Notes: generated by a model not told the origin, from the letters alone. DNA of 64,000 bases from Paraspadella gotoi (GCA_051294375.1 CM119270.1:198713-262712), one strand, 5' to 3'; positions 1-14,682 are shown, numbered from the stretch's first letter. Program-made: numbers and translations.

Positions 1-99
1 TTTTTATCTTTTTTATTCTTCCTTTTCTTACGGCACTATTTTCCAAAAATCCCTAATTTCATTTTAACCCTAATTCTAATATTTTTTTAAAATATTTAA

Positions 100-700
100 T
101 CCAAATTCTAACCTAAATCTTTAATCCTAATCCTTAATACTTAACTCTAGTCCTAATCTTCTACCTATTTTTTTTTTACCTTAAACCCTCACCAAAATAT
201 TTAACCTAATCCCTATCCTTAAACTTAACTCCTATGATACTCCCTAACCATTACCCTAATCCCGAATTCATATCCTTAATTTCTATCCCTAACCCCCAAA
301 CCTAATCCCTAACCCTAACCCCTATCCCTAATCCCTATCCCTAATCCTTATCCCTAATACTTATCCCTAATCTTAATTCCTAATCTTTATCCCTAACCAT
401 AATCCTTATCCCTAATCCCTATCATTAATCTCTATCCCTAAACCCTATCCCTAATCCCTATCCCTAATCTCTATCTTTAACCCTTATCCTTATTACTAAT
501 CCCTATCCTTAATCTTTATCCCTATCCTTATATCTAACCCCTATCCCTAATCCCTATCCTTAACCGCTATCCCTAACCCATATCCCTAACCCCTATCCAT
601 AATCGCTATGCCTATCGCAAACCCTATCCCTAACCCCTATCCATAATCTCTATCCCTATCCCTAACCCTATCCTTAACCCCTAGCCTAACTTTTAATCCT
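100..700. repeat. Degenerate (CCCTAA/CCCTAT)n hexamer tract
   Basis: Mixed ccctaa/ccctat/ccttat units. Repeated at 6940-7595; shorter tracts at 29277-29395 (reverse) and 43610-43790. Confidence 0.85.
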
Positions 701-1849
701 AAGAACCAAATTTAATTCGCGTAGACAGAACTAACAGTTTAAAATACCAAACATAAAATATTATCAGCTTTCAACCCCCTTGATCACTGGGTCCCCTTAA
801 GTTGAAAAGGAGCGCTTTCGGAAAAGAGGACCCTTTTGTTTTCCTCTTTTTCTTCCTCTTCCTCTTTTCGCTTCACTTCACGATTCAGTTCCCTTGTTTT
901 TACCTTNNNNNNNNNNNNNNNNNNNNNNNNNNNNNNNNNNNNNNNNNNNNNNNNNNNNNNNNNNNNNNNNNNNNNNNNNNNNNNNNNNNNNNNNNNNNNN
1001 NNNNNNNNNNNNNNNNNNNNNNNNNNNNNNNNNNNNNNNNNNNNNNNNNNNNNNNNNNNNNNNNNNNNNNNNNNNNNNNNNNNNNNNNNNNNNNNNNNNN
1101 NNNNNNNNNNNNNNNNNNNNNNNNNNNNNNNNNNNNNNNNNNNNNNNNNNNNNNNNNNNNNNNNNNNNNNNNNNNNNNNNNNNNNNNNNNNNNNNNNNNN
1201 NNNNNNNNNNNNNNNNNNNNNNNNNNNNNNNNNNNNNNNNNNNNNNNNNNNNNNNNNNNNNNNNNNNNNNNNNNNNNNNNNNNNNNNNNNNNNNNNNNNN
1301 NNNNNNNNNNNNNNNNNNNNNNNNNNNNNNNNNNNNNNNNNNNNNNNNNNNNNNNNNNNNNNNNNNNNNNNNNNNNNNNNNNNNNNNNNNNNNNNNNNNN
1401 NNNNNNNNNNNNNNNNNNNNNNNNNNNNNNNNNNNNNNNNNNNNNNNNNNNNNNNNNNNNNNNNNNNNNNNNNNNNNNNNNNNNNNNNNNNNNNNNNNNN
1501 NNNNNNNNNNNNNNNNNNNNNNNGGGAAAAAATGAAGGAAAAACTCATGAATTAAAAATTTTAAAAAATTATCCATTCATTTAACAAATAGCTATCTCGC
1601 CCTTGACAGTCTATGTTAATTCTCTATAATTAATTCTCTCTTTTATTAATTTTTCTTTCCAATTCCTTAAACAGAGCTCTCCTCATCCGCCCACCAACGC
1701 TACCTCCGCTTCCTTTCGAGAGTCGCTCAACAAACCAATCAGAGAGTCGCTCAATCAGCCAATCATAGAATCGCTCAAAGATAATCGCTTCAATCAGCCA
1801 ATCAGAGAATCGCTCAATCAGGCAATCACGTTTCGGGGTCGCGTCGTTT

Positions 1850-1887
<38 letters not shown>

Positions 1888-2914
1888 TGCAGCGCGAAGA
1901 GTCGGCGTTATAACTTACCCTGCGCCTGTTGCGGACTATACGACGAATCTTCGAGGTAAGGGTCGGATTGTCGGTCTCTCTATCTCTCTCTCTCTCACTC
2001 ACTCTCTCCCTCTCTCTCTCTCTCCCATTTATTCTCAATCCATTTTGATCAAGGGTCGGCACATCACNNNNNNNNNNNNNNNNNNNNNNNNNAATACAAA
2101 TTAAAATATAAAAGACGTGATTATACATAATTCCTAATCAGGTTCGTCATGTGAAAAGAAGTCACTGCGGCCCCCGCAACACATTGGATGGACCGATCTT
2201 TTGTTTATGTATTATTAAAATGATAATTTAAGAATATTTTTTTATTAATTGTACATGATTGAACCTTCCAACCATTTCTTTCCTGTAATTTAAAAGAGAG
2301 ACAGTCAGACTGACATTTTCTCCTTAATACGTAGACATTCACTTTAAGCCAAAACTCTTTGGCAGTTTTTGGCAACTAAATTGTTACCAAATAGGGCCTG
2401 TTAGCCTGTTGCTAAAAGGCTGTAGCCCAGGCCTAGTTTAGCTAGGCCTGTTACTAAGGCCTTAGCTTTTCAGTTTGCGTGAGATGTAATTAAAGAGAAA
2501 CGTTTGAAAAAGGCATTAAATCTTAATGTCTTATCGCCTACATAAAATAAATTCCTGATTTTCTATTTCCCTCTTCCTTGAATATTTTTAACTTTGGTCA
2601 ACATAATTCGTGAACGAATCTTGATAACGCTCCGTGATGAATATTAGTTCCTTCCGCATTAGCCAAAATTCATATAATTTTAAAAAAATTCATTTAAAAT
2701 TTAATTCAAAATTAGTCAGTGACGTTTTCAATTTGGACTGTTGAAATGAAGAAAGATTCGAAATTTATTAATGAATCTCAGGTTAAGAAAATGAAAACTA
2801 GAATTTAGAATAAAATAATGTAGAAAGATTCATTATACTAAAAGAGAAGTGGTCAAAATGAAAATTAAAGATAGAGAAAAAAAGATAAGTAGTGAATATA
2901 ACATTCTTTGAAAT

Positions 2915-3110
2915 ATTATACCACTTCATTGATAGGGAGCCAGGTACTTCTGGGAGTGAATAAACGAGACTTGTGAGGAGTCTTGATTGAAACCCTTGCA
3001 GGACTTGCTATGTCTTATCTTGTAAGAGTGAGGAGGCCTTTAAACCACCAAAGGCCTGTCCAAAGTCAGGGGCAAGATAGCTTATTTATAAATGAATGGA
3101 TAATTTTTAT
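2915..3110. repeat. Dispersed ~200 bp interspersed repeat family
   Basis: cacttcattgatagggagccaggtacttctgggag...tgtccaaagtcaggggcaagatagcttattt recurs at ~40840-41010, ~4670-4795 (reverse) and ~49430-49550, and partly at ~38725-38790 and ~49115-49165. Confidence 0.65.
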
Positions 3111-3406
3111 ATTGGTTGTACCAATTTCATAAGCTTCAATTTCTCTATCCTTCCACATTTTATGATTCCATATTTCAACTATACTGGCGTGGATTTATCA
3201 TAGTTATTAGAAAACACTTTCGAGTCCGTGTGTCCGTGCGTCCCGATTTACGGTCGTTTATCCGTTTATCATGGAAGCTTGTTGAATCGCTCTCGTTATT
3301 TCGTTCTTTCATAACTTCTTTTTTTTCTTTCTCTTATTTGTTTTTTTTTTCTTTTTTTCTCTCCCGCTTCCCTCTCATCTCTCCCCCTTTCTCTCTCCCC
3401 CTCCCT

Positions 3407-3474
<68 letters not shown>

Positions 3475-3503
3475 CTCTCTCCCTCCCTCTCCTCTCCTCT
3501 CTC

Positions 3504-3564
<61 letters not shown>

Positions 3565-3588
3565 CCTCTCTCTCTCTCCCCTCCATAG

Positions 3589-3776
3589 ATACCGGCGCCA
3601 AACGAACGACGAAACGCGCTAGTTCTCATGATTCTTGCGCAATGGACAATTTCCCTTATTACTGTGGACTGCCTTGGATCTGGGTCGTGCCTTACATCGA
3701 AGGGAGTTCGCACAGTTTCCCGCAACACATTGCTACATTCAGGTTTCCTGCAATTCAAACTGCAACTTCTGGACTG
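3589..3776 (+). CDS. mAChR: mAChR exon: ICL2-TM4-ECL2 (indel-rich read)
   Basis: Follows a (CT)n tract and a TAG acceptor. Allowing for indels it reads [44 protein letters not shown]. The phase-1 donor joins G+TG (Val) of the next exon. Confidence 0.8.
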
Positions 3777-4188
3777 GTTGAGGGCAAAATCTTTTTAGTT
3801 TACTCGTTTTGTTAATATTGTGAAATAGTTTTATAATTCTGTACAGTCTTCAATTTACTATTTCAATCTTAATACGTTCACCAAGCTTATGGTTTGTGAT
3901 TGTTTGTTATTGCAGGAGACCTCAATTCATTTTGGTGCAATAACATAAAAATGTATAAAAACAAATTGTTTCACACAAAGATTTGTGGTAGTAAAGGTAA
4001 GCTGAGAAGAACGGACACAGTTTTTATTTTTTAAAACAAGCACATTATTTGTAATTTTTCAATATAACAAGGTTTTATCTATTTGTATGAGCATAGGTTT
4101 ATAAACCTTTAGCCTACGCAGTATTTCTGCACAAATTCCCGTAAAAATGCAAAAGCAAAAAAGGAAATTTCGTCGAAAAGAGGGAAAG

Positions 4189-4236
<48 letters not shown>

Positions 4237-6130
4237 TGTCCTGTTTTGGGGGAAAAGAAAAATTGAAGCCCCAAAAAAAAATAAAAAAAAAATCAAAAAA
4301 TTCCTTTTGTTGGTTGTTCGTCTTTGGAGAATGAGATTTTTTTTTTTTGGCGAAGGGAGGCGGAAAGAGGGAAAATCCCTTGGAAAAGGAAAGAAGAGAA
4401 AAAAAATTTTGAGAATGTGGGTTGTTTGTGGTTTAAAACTAGGCAGACTTTTTGTCTTGCTTGTATAGCAAAGTATTGAACTGGATAGCCAAATGAAAAA
4501 TTTGACAAGACTGGCATGTGAGGGCCAGTATGCAACAAAAGGAGGAACAAGGACAATCAGCTAGTGTGTGGTTGTTTGTCGTTATATATGATATTAGATT
4601 AGTACAATCAATTAAAAATTATCCAAAAATTCCCCCTATTTAGACACACAGGGCTATGGTTTGGGGGGTTTTAGGCCTCCATCACTCTTACAAGATTAAT
4701 GACATAGCAGGTCCTCTGCAAGCTTTTCAATCAAGACTCTCTCACAGTCTCTTTTATTCAATCCCAGAGAAGTACCTGGCTTTCCTCTATCAATTGTGAA
4801 AGAATGGTATAATATTTTAATCATAAAAGTAGGTAACGTGGCCACTATATTGCATAGTGTATTTAAAAGTTGAAATTTGTAAAGCCTGTTTTCTTTTAAA
4901 AACTCTTCTCTTTCTCCCTTTTGTTCTCTCTTTTCTCTCTCCTCTCTGTTCTCTCTCTTTGCTCTTTCTTTCTTTCTTTCTTTCTTTTCTTTCTATTCCT
5001 TTTCTTTTCTTTCCTTTACGTTCTCTAATTTGATTTTTCTTCTTGTTTCTTTTTTTTTACTTTTTTTTCTTCTTTTCCCTCTCTTCTCTGTCTCTTCCTC
5101 TTTTTGCTTTCTTCTTTTTTTCTTTTCTTTCTTTCCTTTCTTGTCTTTTCTTTTCTTTTCTTTTTCTTTCTTTCTCTCCTCATCTCCTCCCTCTCCTCTC
5201 TCTCTCTCTCCCTCTTTCTCTCTCCCAATACCTCTCTCCCTCCCTTTTCCCAGTGACAACTGCGATCTGCGCCTTCTACATTCCCTCGACGTCACGATAA
5301 ATGACGATTACTTGTACTACGGCATCTGTGAGGGAGACTGAGAGACGCGACAGAGAAGAGTGCAGCATCTGCGGCCGGCTGCGGGACTTCCGCCAGGCGG
5401 CTCAGCAGAGGAAACAGCAGCCCGGGCGCGGAAGATCAGGGGAAGGGAAAGAGGGGAAAATGGAAAGGAGGATATTCCATTGCGGAGGTGAGACGAGGGA
5501 GAGAGAGAAGACTGATGAGAGAAGGACGAGAGAGGGAGAGAGAAGAGAGAGAGAGAGAGAAGAGAGAGAGACTGGAGAGGAGGAGAGTGAGAGAGAGGGA
5601 GGAGACGAAGAGGAGAGAGAGAGAGAGAGGAAAGAGAGCTAGGAGAGAAGAAGAGAGAGAGAGAGAGAGAGGAAAGAAAGAAAAGAAGAGAGAGAGAGAC
5701 ATAGAAGACTGAAAGATCCCGGACGTTGACTCAAATCTTCTTTTCCTCTTTTTCGTCTTAAATCATCAAATCCGACGTCGAAGACGATGATGGTCGCTTC
5801 TTATGGCTCTCATCCAATCAAAATCCTCCTCTGTCTCTCTCGCGCTTCTCTCTCTTGTCAACCTCTTCTTACTCTCTCTCTCTCTCTCGTTCTCTCTTTC
5901 TCTCTCTCTCTCTCTCTTTCTCTCACTATTTTTTTTCTCTCTCTCTCTCTTTCTCTCACTATTTTTTTCTCTCTCTCTTTCTCTTCACTCTTTTTCTCTC
6001 TCTCTTTTCTCTTCTCTTTCTCTTCTTCTCTCTCTCTTCTCTTCTCTCTCTCTCTCTTGTCTCTCTCTAACTTCTCTTCTCTCTCTCTCTTCTCTTCTCT
6101 CTCTCCTCCTCTCTCTCTCTCTCTCAACTT

Positions 6131-6167
<37 letters not shown>

Positions 6168-8023
6168 CTCTCTTCCGTCTCTCTCTCTCTCTTCTCTCTC
6201 TCTCTCCCGCAAATTTTCTGACGGATGTTTTTCGATAATCGGAATTGTTCTTAAAAAAACTCTTTTCTCAGCATTCATGTAAGGACCACTTTTAAAAATT
6301 TTCTTTCATTGCGTTTTTGAAAATTTATATTACATTAGGAAATACTGATTATATCGCAAGTATTAACGAATTTACGTTCCGATATATGTATCTTAAACCT
6401 ATTGCCTTAGCACAGGGTTATCCAAATTATCAAAACATATTTATTGAATTTTTCTTCAGAGTCTTTAATCCTTTTTTTTAATAAGGAAATTTTTAATATT
6501 ATTCATTCTATTTCTGTTGTTAGTTATTAAAAATGGTCATCAAAAATTTTATACAGTTTTAATACATTCTTTTATTCAACCCTTTTTAGCTGTATCATAA
6601 AACCGATAAAAATATATTTAAAAAAAATCAAATTTTTTATGGTAATGTAATTATATATAATTTATATTTTTTAGCTACTTGATGTATCCATTTTATTTTT
6701 TTCTCAATTTAATGATTTGTTCCGTTTTATTACTTATCGCATAATTTACGTGAAAAATGAAAAATTGCAAAAATCTGATGAACAAAAATTATTAAGGCTT
6801 AAGTATCAGAGGAAAGTTATTTTTTAAAAAAGATTCACTTTTATTCTTTTTTATCGTCCTTATCTTACGGCACTATTTTCCAAAAATCCCTAAATTTCAT
6901 TTTTAACCCTAATTCTAATATTTTTTAAAATATTTGTAATCCAATTCTAACCTTAAAATCTTTAATCCTAATCCTTAATTACTTAAAACTCTAGTTCTAA
7001 TCTCTTACTATTTTTTTTTTTACCTTAAACCCTCACCAAAATATCTTTAACTAATCCCTATCCTTAAACTTAACTCCTATGATCTCCCTAACCATACCCT
7101 AATCCCGAATTTCATATCCTTAATTTCTATCGCCTAACCCCTAAACCTAATCCCTAACCCTAACCCCCTATCCCCTAATCCTATCCCTAATTCCTATCCC
7201 TAATACTTATCCCTAATCTTAATTCCTAATCTTTAGCCCTAACCATAATCCTTATTCCCTTAATCCCTATCATTAATCTCTACCCTAAACCCTAATTCCC
7301 TAATCCACTTATCATTAATCTCTAGCCTAAACCCTATCCCAATTCCCTATCCCTAATCTCTAATCTTTAACCCCTTATCCTTATTACTAAATCCCTATCC
7401 TTAATCTTTATCCCTATCCTTATATCTAACCCCTATCCCCTAATCCCTATCCTTACCGGCTATCCCCTAACCCATATCCCCTAACCCCTATCATAATCGC
7501 CTATCCTATCGCAAACCCTTATCCCTTAACCCCTATCCAAATCTCTATTCCCTATCCCTAACCCTATCCTAACCCCTAGCCTAAACTTTTAATCCTACAA
7601 ACCAAATTTAATTCGCCTAGGACAGAACTAACAGTTTAAAATACCAAAATAAAAAAAACCAATTATCAGCTTTCCAACCCCCTTGATCACTGGGTTCCCC
7701 TTAAGTTGAAAAAGCGGGCGCTTTCGAAAAGACGACCCTTTTGTTTTCCCTTTTCTTCCTCTTCCTTTTTCGCCTTCACTTCACGATTCAGTCCCTGTTA
7801 TTTACCTGATCCTCGTGTGGGTGTGAAGAGAGAGAGAGAGACGAGGAGAGAGAGAGAGAGAGAGAGGAGAGGGGAGAAGGGGATGGAAAGGGGGAGGAAG
7901 AGAGAGAGAGAGACAGAGAAGTACCAGAGAGAAGAGAGAGAGAGGAGCCATAAGCGAAACCGTCGATGTCATGTGATCGATTGATAAGATGAACCTCTTT
8001 CGACGAGAGGAAGATGGAGAAAG

Positions 8024-8058
<35 letters not shown>

Positions 8059-8070
8059 AGAGAAGAGAGA

Positions 8071-8109
<39 letters not shown>

Positions 8110-8382
8110 TGCAGTAGGCGTGGCGATTGTGAACGCAAGATCGAGCGCACGCGGACAAACATGAACCGACGTCGGCAGCGAAAAAAAAAAGCAGCAATTC
8201 ATTTTGCGGTTTTCCTGGAAAACAAGATCTCTCTCTCTCCTCTCTCTCACACTCACTCTCTCCTCTCTCTCTTCTCTCGCTCTCTCTCTCTCTCTACTCT
8301 CTCTCTCTCTCTCACTGTCTCTCTCCCTTTTCGTTACCAAGCATCAGAAACCATTCTCGTATCGTTGTCGGAAAACAAGCGG

Positions 8383-8414
<32 letters not shown>

Positions 8415-8634
8415 CTCTTCGTTACCAAGCATATCCAAGCAACCATTCTCGTATCGTTGTACGGTCATTCGCCTGGTCAAAGGCGGTTGCCTGGCAAACC
8501 GATCGCCTGGAAGCAGGCGATACGAGCCTCACTGGGGTTTTTTCCTTTTCATCTCAGCCACTTTTTTGTGCGAGGGAAATGATTGGCCGGGTGGCCAATG
8601 CCCGTCTTCCTACCCATCTGAGGATCTTCTCTCT

Positions 8635-8696
<62 letters not shown>

Positions 8697-10368
8697 TTTC
8701 TTACTCTTATTCTTTTACTACGGTCATTATTCGCCACAGTTTTTTTTAATTAAAATAAATGTAAAATCAAAAGAAAAAAAAAAGAAAAAAATAATAGAAA
8801 AAAAAAAGCGGTTAAATAAATTCTTATTTTGATTCAAAAAAAGGGGAAAAAATGAAGGAAAAAATCTGAATTAAAAAATTTTTAAAAAATTATCCATTCA
8901 TTTAAGACAAAATAGCTATCTCGCCCTTTGACAAGTTCTATGTTAATTCTCTCATATTAATTCTCTCTTTTATAATTTTCTTCCAATTCTTAAGAGCATC
9001 CTCATAGTCGCCCACCAACGCTACCTCCGCTTCCTTTCGAGAGTCGCTTCAACAAACAATCAGAGAGTTCGCTCAATCAGCCAATCAGGAGAATCGCTCA
9101 AAGATAATCGCTTCAATCAGCCAATCAGAGAATCGCTGAATTCAAGGCCCAATCACGTTCGGGGTCGCGTCGTTTCCGGCGCGGCGCGCGGCTGCAGCGC
9201 GAAGAGTCGGGCCGGTTAATAAAAAACTTTACCCCTTTTGCGCTTTGTTGCGGACTATACGACGAATCTTCGAGGTAAGGGTTCGGATTGTTCGGTTCTC
9301 TCTATCTCTTCTCTCTCTCCTCACTCTTCTCCTCTCTTCTCTCCCTTTTATTATCAATCCATTTTGATCAAGGGTCGGCACATCACGTAAAAGGTTGATG
9401 TTATGGCAACGTGAAGGATAGCTGTATACCCGGGGCGCGGGTGGGTATCTCACCAACTGGGTAGGGGCTGCGGACCCTCATGACCGCTCCTGTCACTGCA
9501 TTGTTTATTACCGGCACCGTCACAATTAAGCCAGAAACCGGATACCCAGGGATTGAACCCGGGACGCACGGATGGAATGAGATGATTTAGTCTGCTAGCA
9601 TTGAGACGAGGCTGAGGACGGACGGCAGTGAGGCAGCTTTAAGTCTTGCTGCCACAAATGTCATTGAGCCTTATCTTGACAGAGAGAGAGAGAGAGAGAG
9701 AGATACACTAAAGTTCGGGGTTTGTGACGAGGATTGCCAGTATCAATAATTTACATTTTCATAAATTAACTTCTCGAATAAGAAAGCCATAAAAGTAAAG
9801 GTTTAATTTAATTTAATTTAATTTAATATAATGTAATTAAGCAAAGTTTGATTTTTAGTGGCGTAAAGGACTTTATGATTTTCATTTGTCCGTTCGTTAT
9901 TTAGTCATACGATTTTCAGTGAATAGCTAAAAAATTAATTTTAGTCAAAAAACTCAGTGATTAAGGTTTAGGATTAGCTAAGGATTAGCTAATGTAGAAT
10001 GACCGAAGTTTCTATCTGGCGCTTCTCTCTTTTTGTGACTAGCAGAGATTTTAGTGATAATCACGGATTTCGGTGACAGATTTATTTGATCACGAACGCA
10101 ATTACAAGAAGGAACAAGAGGATCTAATCTACACTTACTTTAAGACCTTTTGCTAAATCAGTCTACAAAGCCTATTGGCTGAAAAATACACATCAAAATT
10201 ACATTGGCGATTTGGGGGTTGGGCCCCAAATCGCCGTCTCTCATTGGCTGAAAAATACTTACATTATTTTACTTTGAACAGATACATTTGCCTATGGTGG
10301 CCAGCTAAGAAATGAGTATTTATTTCTTTTTCCTTTACGAGTTTTTATGACGGCAATTACGAGGGTCA

Positions 10369-10403
<35 letters not shown>

Positions 10404-13400
10404 CCGTGAAACCGTGAGAGACCGTTTACCCTTTACACTAATTAGCTAATTAAGGGTTAGGTATTTTTGATAAGGATTGATGGGCTATTTTTTGTTCAAG
10501 CTATTTCGTGTGGTTGACGAAATAAACTGAGAAAAATCTTCATCACAATAAAACTTGATGATGGGGAATAAAGGATGTTCTTTTTTCATGTTTCTCCGCG
10601 CCACGATGCAGTAGAGATGACCCAAACTGAAAAGAAAGATACGGAAGTATTTAAAATCTCCATCTTTTTTTCTCTCATATCACAACTGTAGAAAATGTTT
10701 ATCATTTTCTATGCCTCGAGGGTCGCGCATTCGATTCGATTCATCATCTGGTTTTAACAGAGCAAAGATTTATAAATCTCAAATGTCGTAAATGACGAAT
10801 AAATCGTGAATAAGTTTATAATGGAAGAGAATAAATACATGGCAAAATCAATGTCGTATAATAAATTGGTGTCGAAAATCCTTGGATTCCGTAAAAACTA
10901 CGGTTCCATTCAGCCGATCTTTTCCAGAGAAGCGATTATGATCGAATAACACGTGACGAGGTTTTCGGCTAAAAGAAGGCTACAAAAAAGCGACTAGAAC
11001 GGTGAAAAGACTGGTCAGAAAAGGTCAACTAAATGACCAGGGGAAAATGACCGGACGCGAGGTCACAAAATCTTTCACCAGCTTACAATCCAAACTGCAT
11101 TTCCTCATAGCTTTTCTTCTCTTCGCATTGAAATTTTTGTTCATGATAGTTTGACTTCAATAGGCAATCATATTTAGGGTCATCAGATGATTTGATCAAA
11201 AATCCAGTTGTAATGTAATCGGAATATTCCGAATAATGAATTTCCGATTGAACGTTGCTCTAAATTATAAAAAAAATTAATAAAAATTATATATTTAACA
11301 AGTTTTAGCAAACAATTCCGGATGCCCACGATCATTAGCAATAAGCAGCTGATCAGATAAATAATTAATTAATAAATTAAATATTTAATTAATATTTTTT
11401 GTCTCGCGTCAAAATCGTTTTCCACTTTGTCTCAAACACGAAATAACAATCTCGATCACAAAATTAATTAATAAATTGATTAATATCAAAATAACTAATA
11501 ATTAATTAATTAATTACAAATTTATCAATAATTATTTAATTCAGCTTGAATTCACATTTATTATAAAGAGAAAAAAAACATAATCAAATTGTGAAATATA
11601 TTTATATCATCACCAGCTTAATCAGTTATTAATAATCACACACTTTCCTACCCACATACAAAATTTCAAGTCAATCGCCCCATCCATTATGAGTAATTGG
11701 CATTCAAAGCTAAGGGGGGACGGACATATGGATGGACGGACGGACGGACATAATTTTTTTGCATAGTTTTCTATAATTCTATGTTTTAAACTGATATAAG
11801 TGACTTACCGACCAGATAATGGGTGGCGACCGACAGACCGACAAAGTGAATTATAGAAAATAACATATATAAATAATATATATATGGAATTTTGAGTTTT
11901 CTTTTACCTTTTTTATTTGTTTCGTGATTAAATTTTTATTCACTAATAAATTATTAAGAAGAAAAATTGGACACTTTTGGAAAACATTGCCTTTATTTTA
12001 ACATAGTTTAGCATTTGATGCAACTTGTAAATTTCAAAATTAAATCATTGTTGACTCGTCCCCCTTTTTAACTAAACCTTATCGTGAAGATTGATTTCAA
12101 ATTTTTCCGCAAATTGTTCGGCGGGAAAATGGTCAGATTGGTCCCCAATAAATCCGCCAGCGACAGGGACATGAAATCCACTGGAAAATCCACTTTTGAA
12201 GATGCCGCATATTGGAATGTCAAATAATTCTTCTTTAGGCGTAGGAGCCATTGGGCAATAGATAGAGTTAGGGTCTAGATAATAACAAACAATTCCATAG
12301 ATTAATATAATTAAGCTCACAACATTAATGTCAACATTTTTATCAGAGTTCAAGTGTCGATATGATATAATGACAATAACTTACGCTCAATCTAAAGTAC
12401 AAACTGCTAACTTTTTGTACGTAAATCATTAAAGTCTTGAAATTAAAAAGAACATTAAATATTTAACTGAGAGATGAAAGTCTTTACTTACTCAAAACTA
12501 CGATGAAATTGTCAACTTTTCTACCATCTGCCCAATTGCACTGATATTGTCCACCGTCAGATAAAGCGACTTCCTTGATAATGAACCTATGAGTTCCCTG
12601 ATCATTCCTTGACTTCAGCAGCTGTTAGTTAAAAATCTAAGATTAAAGACAATGAAAATGTACAATTAAGGATACTGAATATAAAGAGGGTCAAATCTGT
12701 ATTTCTTAGTCCAAATTTCATTGTCTGAAATTTGGAATGATAAATTCACAAAATCGTTTTTTTGTTAAATACCCTAAGATTTTTAACTCCAAAAATCTTG
12801 GATTCTACAAATAATAAATTGAGTAACCCTTGTATTCTAACAAAATTTTAAATTAACAAAGTTAACAAAATCTGAGATTTTAAATAACAAGTTGACTAAA
12901 TCTAATATTCTAAATAATAAATTTTCAAGTCAGAGATGACAAGGACTAATTGGTAAAATCTGAGATGATAAATAAACAATTGATGATATTTTACATTCAA
13001 GATAATAAATTGACGAAAACTAATCAGAATCTAAATGATTAACTTAATCTGAGATTCTAAATGATGAATATACTAAATTTGAGATTTTAAATGATGAATT
13101 TTTTAAGATCTGAGATTCTAAATGATTAATTTGTTTTCAATCTGAGATTTTAAATTATGAATTTACTAAATCTGAGATTTTAAATGATGAATTTTTTTAA
13201 ATCTGAGATTTTAAATGATGAATTTGCTAAATCTAAGATTTTAAATGATGAACTTTTTTAAAAGCTGAGATTCTAAATGATGAGTTTACCAAATCTGAGA
13301 TTTTAAATGATGAATTTTTTATAATCTGAGATTCTAAATGATACTTTCACCGAATCTGAAAACTCGTCCTCCACTTGAGATTTGAAGCGAATCCTTGGTT

Positions 13401-14628
13401 GTGATTCTCCGTCACAAGTGAAAACGACTTCATCACCGACGACAACAATGTGATTTTGGGCTGGAAAGTGAAACGTGAAAGGTTAAATCGGTGCCATCGT
13501 TTCCACAAAATTCAATAATGAGCCATTTATTCAATCTATTAGTCACCACAACTTTTTAATCTGGCATTGCACCAAGTTCAAAAGTTTCAACTTTGAACCC
13601 ACTACTAGAAAGAGGGCTATGCGAAAATTGACAAATAAAAAATCTACTATTCGAATTTCGATTCTACTTGATTTTAAAATTTTATTACGCTTTAGTGTAT
13701 AATTATGACTCTAAGAGTGCTGACCCGGTGGCCAATTGAATAAGACCATGAACTCATGACCACTTGTTACCGGGGGAAATCCCTCATTAGTACATGTGGA
13801 CGCTTTGGGGACGTCGATCATTGTTCTCAGCCCATTTCTGCTGATTGACCAACGAAGTTAGGAATAGTCTTAAGCTCACTTAGCCGATTGTCTCTTACAA
13901 GATCCTTGCAATTTGTCAATTTAGATTCTCTCTTCAATATCGATCGCTTTATATGATTTGTTTTATATAAAAAATTGTATTCTAATCATCTAATGTATTA
14001 TTCTCTACCAGCTTTAAAATAGAAGTAAGAATGTTAAGTGGAGATCCGTAGTATTATTATATACATTATATATATTATTATTATTATTATATAAGAAAGA
14101 AAATAAAATCGCCAGACCAATTCTTTAGAAATTCCATTGCCCGTTAAGAATTTATTTTGAATACTTTTTTATATTGTTTTGTTTACCAATGTAACCAAAG
14201 TTTCTCTCTCTGTAAAAAATGAATTCCACTTTGTACAATTAACCAATTCTATTCCATTCGCTTTTCTGATTTCAATAAATCTCGAATATTTTACTTATTA
14301 AGTTTTGGGACAGAGGATAACTGAGATTTAGTGGGATGATGAAGAAATATTTGGCAGGGCCATTAAACTTTATTTGTATATAATGATTATGAATAAATAT
14401 CTTTTGGTTAAGACAATAGAGAAAGAATGATATATACTTTCTTTTTAATTTTCTCACCTGAAATTTTTCCAAAACAAATAAAAATGAAAAGTGGAAAAAT
14501 AAATGATTTTCCCAAAACAAATAAATGAGAAAACATTTTTGAAACGAGAGCTAAATGAATTTTAGCTAAAAACCAGTTAAAGCGTTGTGAAACTCTGGAT
14601 GGTAAAATTTAAAGGTGGACCAAACATG

Positions 14629-14682
<54 letters not shown>

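Noticed and set aside
100-700. Telomere or interstitial telomeric array
   Set aside because: Units are a degenerate mix of CCCTAA and CCCTAT inside a gene intron, and similar short tracts recur elsewhere; more likely repeat-associated simple sequence.
784-1584. ORFs of 213-260 aa
   Set aside because: They are made almost entirely of N bases.
3589-5439. mAChR pseudogene (frameshifts in the TM4/TM5 exons)
   Set aside because: These exons lie in an error-rich gap-fill block whose duplicated part differs from the other copy by scattered indels; the downstream exons are intact.
3116-8832. Many SLSLSL / ERERER ORFs (also at 15-20, 30, 39 and 53-62 kb)
   Set aside because: Translations of (CT)n/(GA)n and similar microsatellites.
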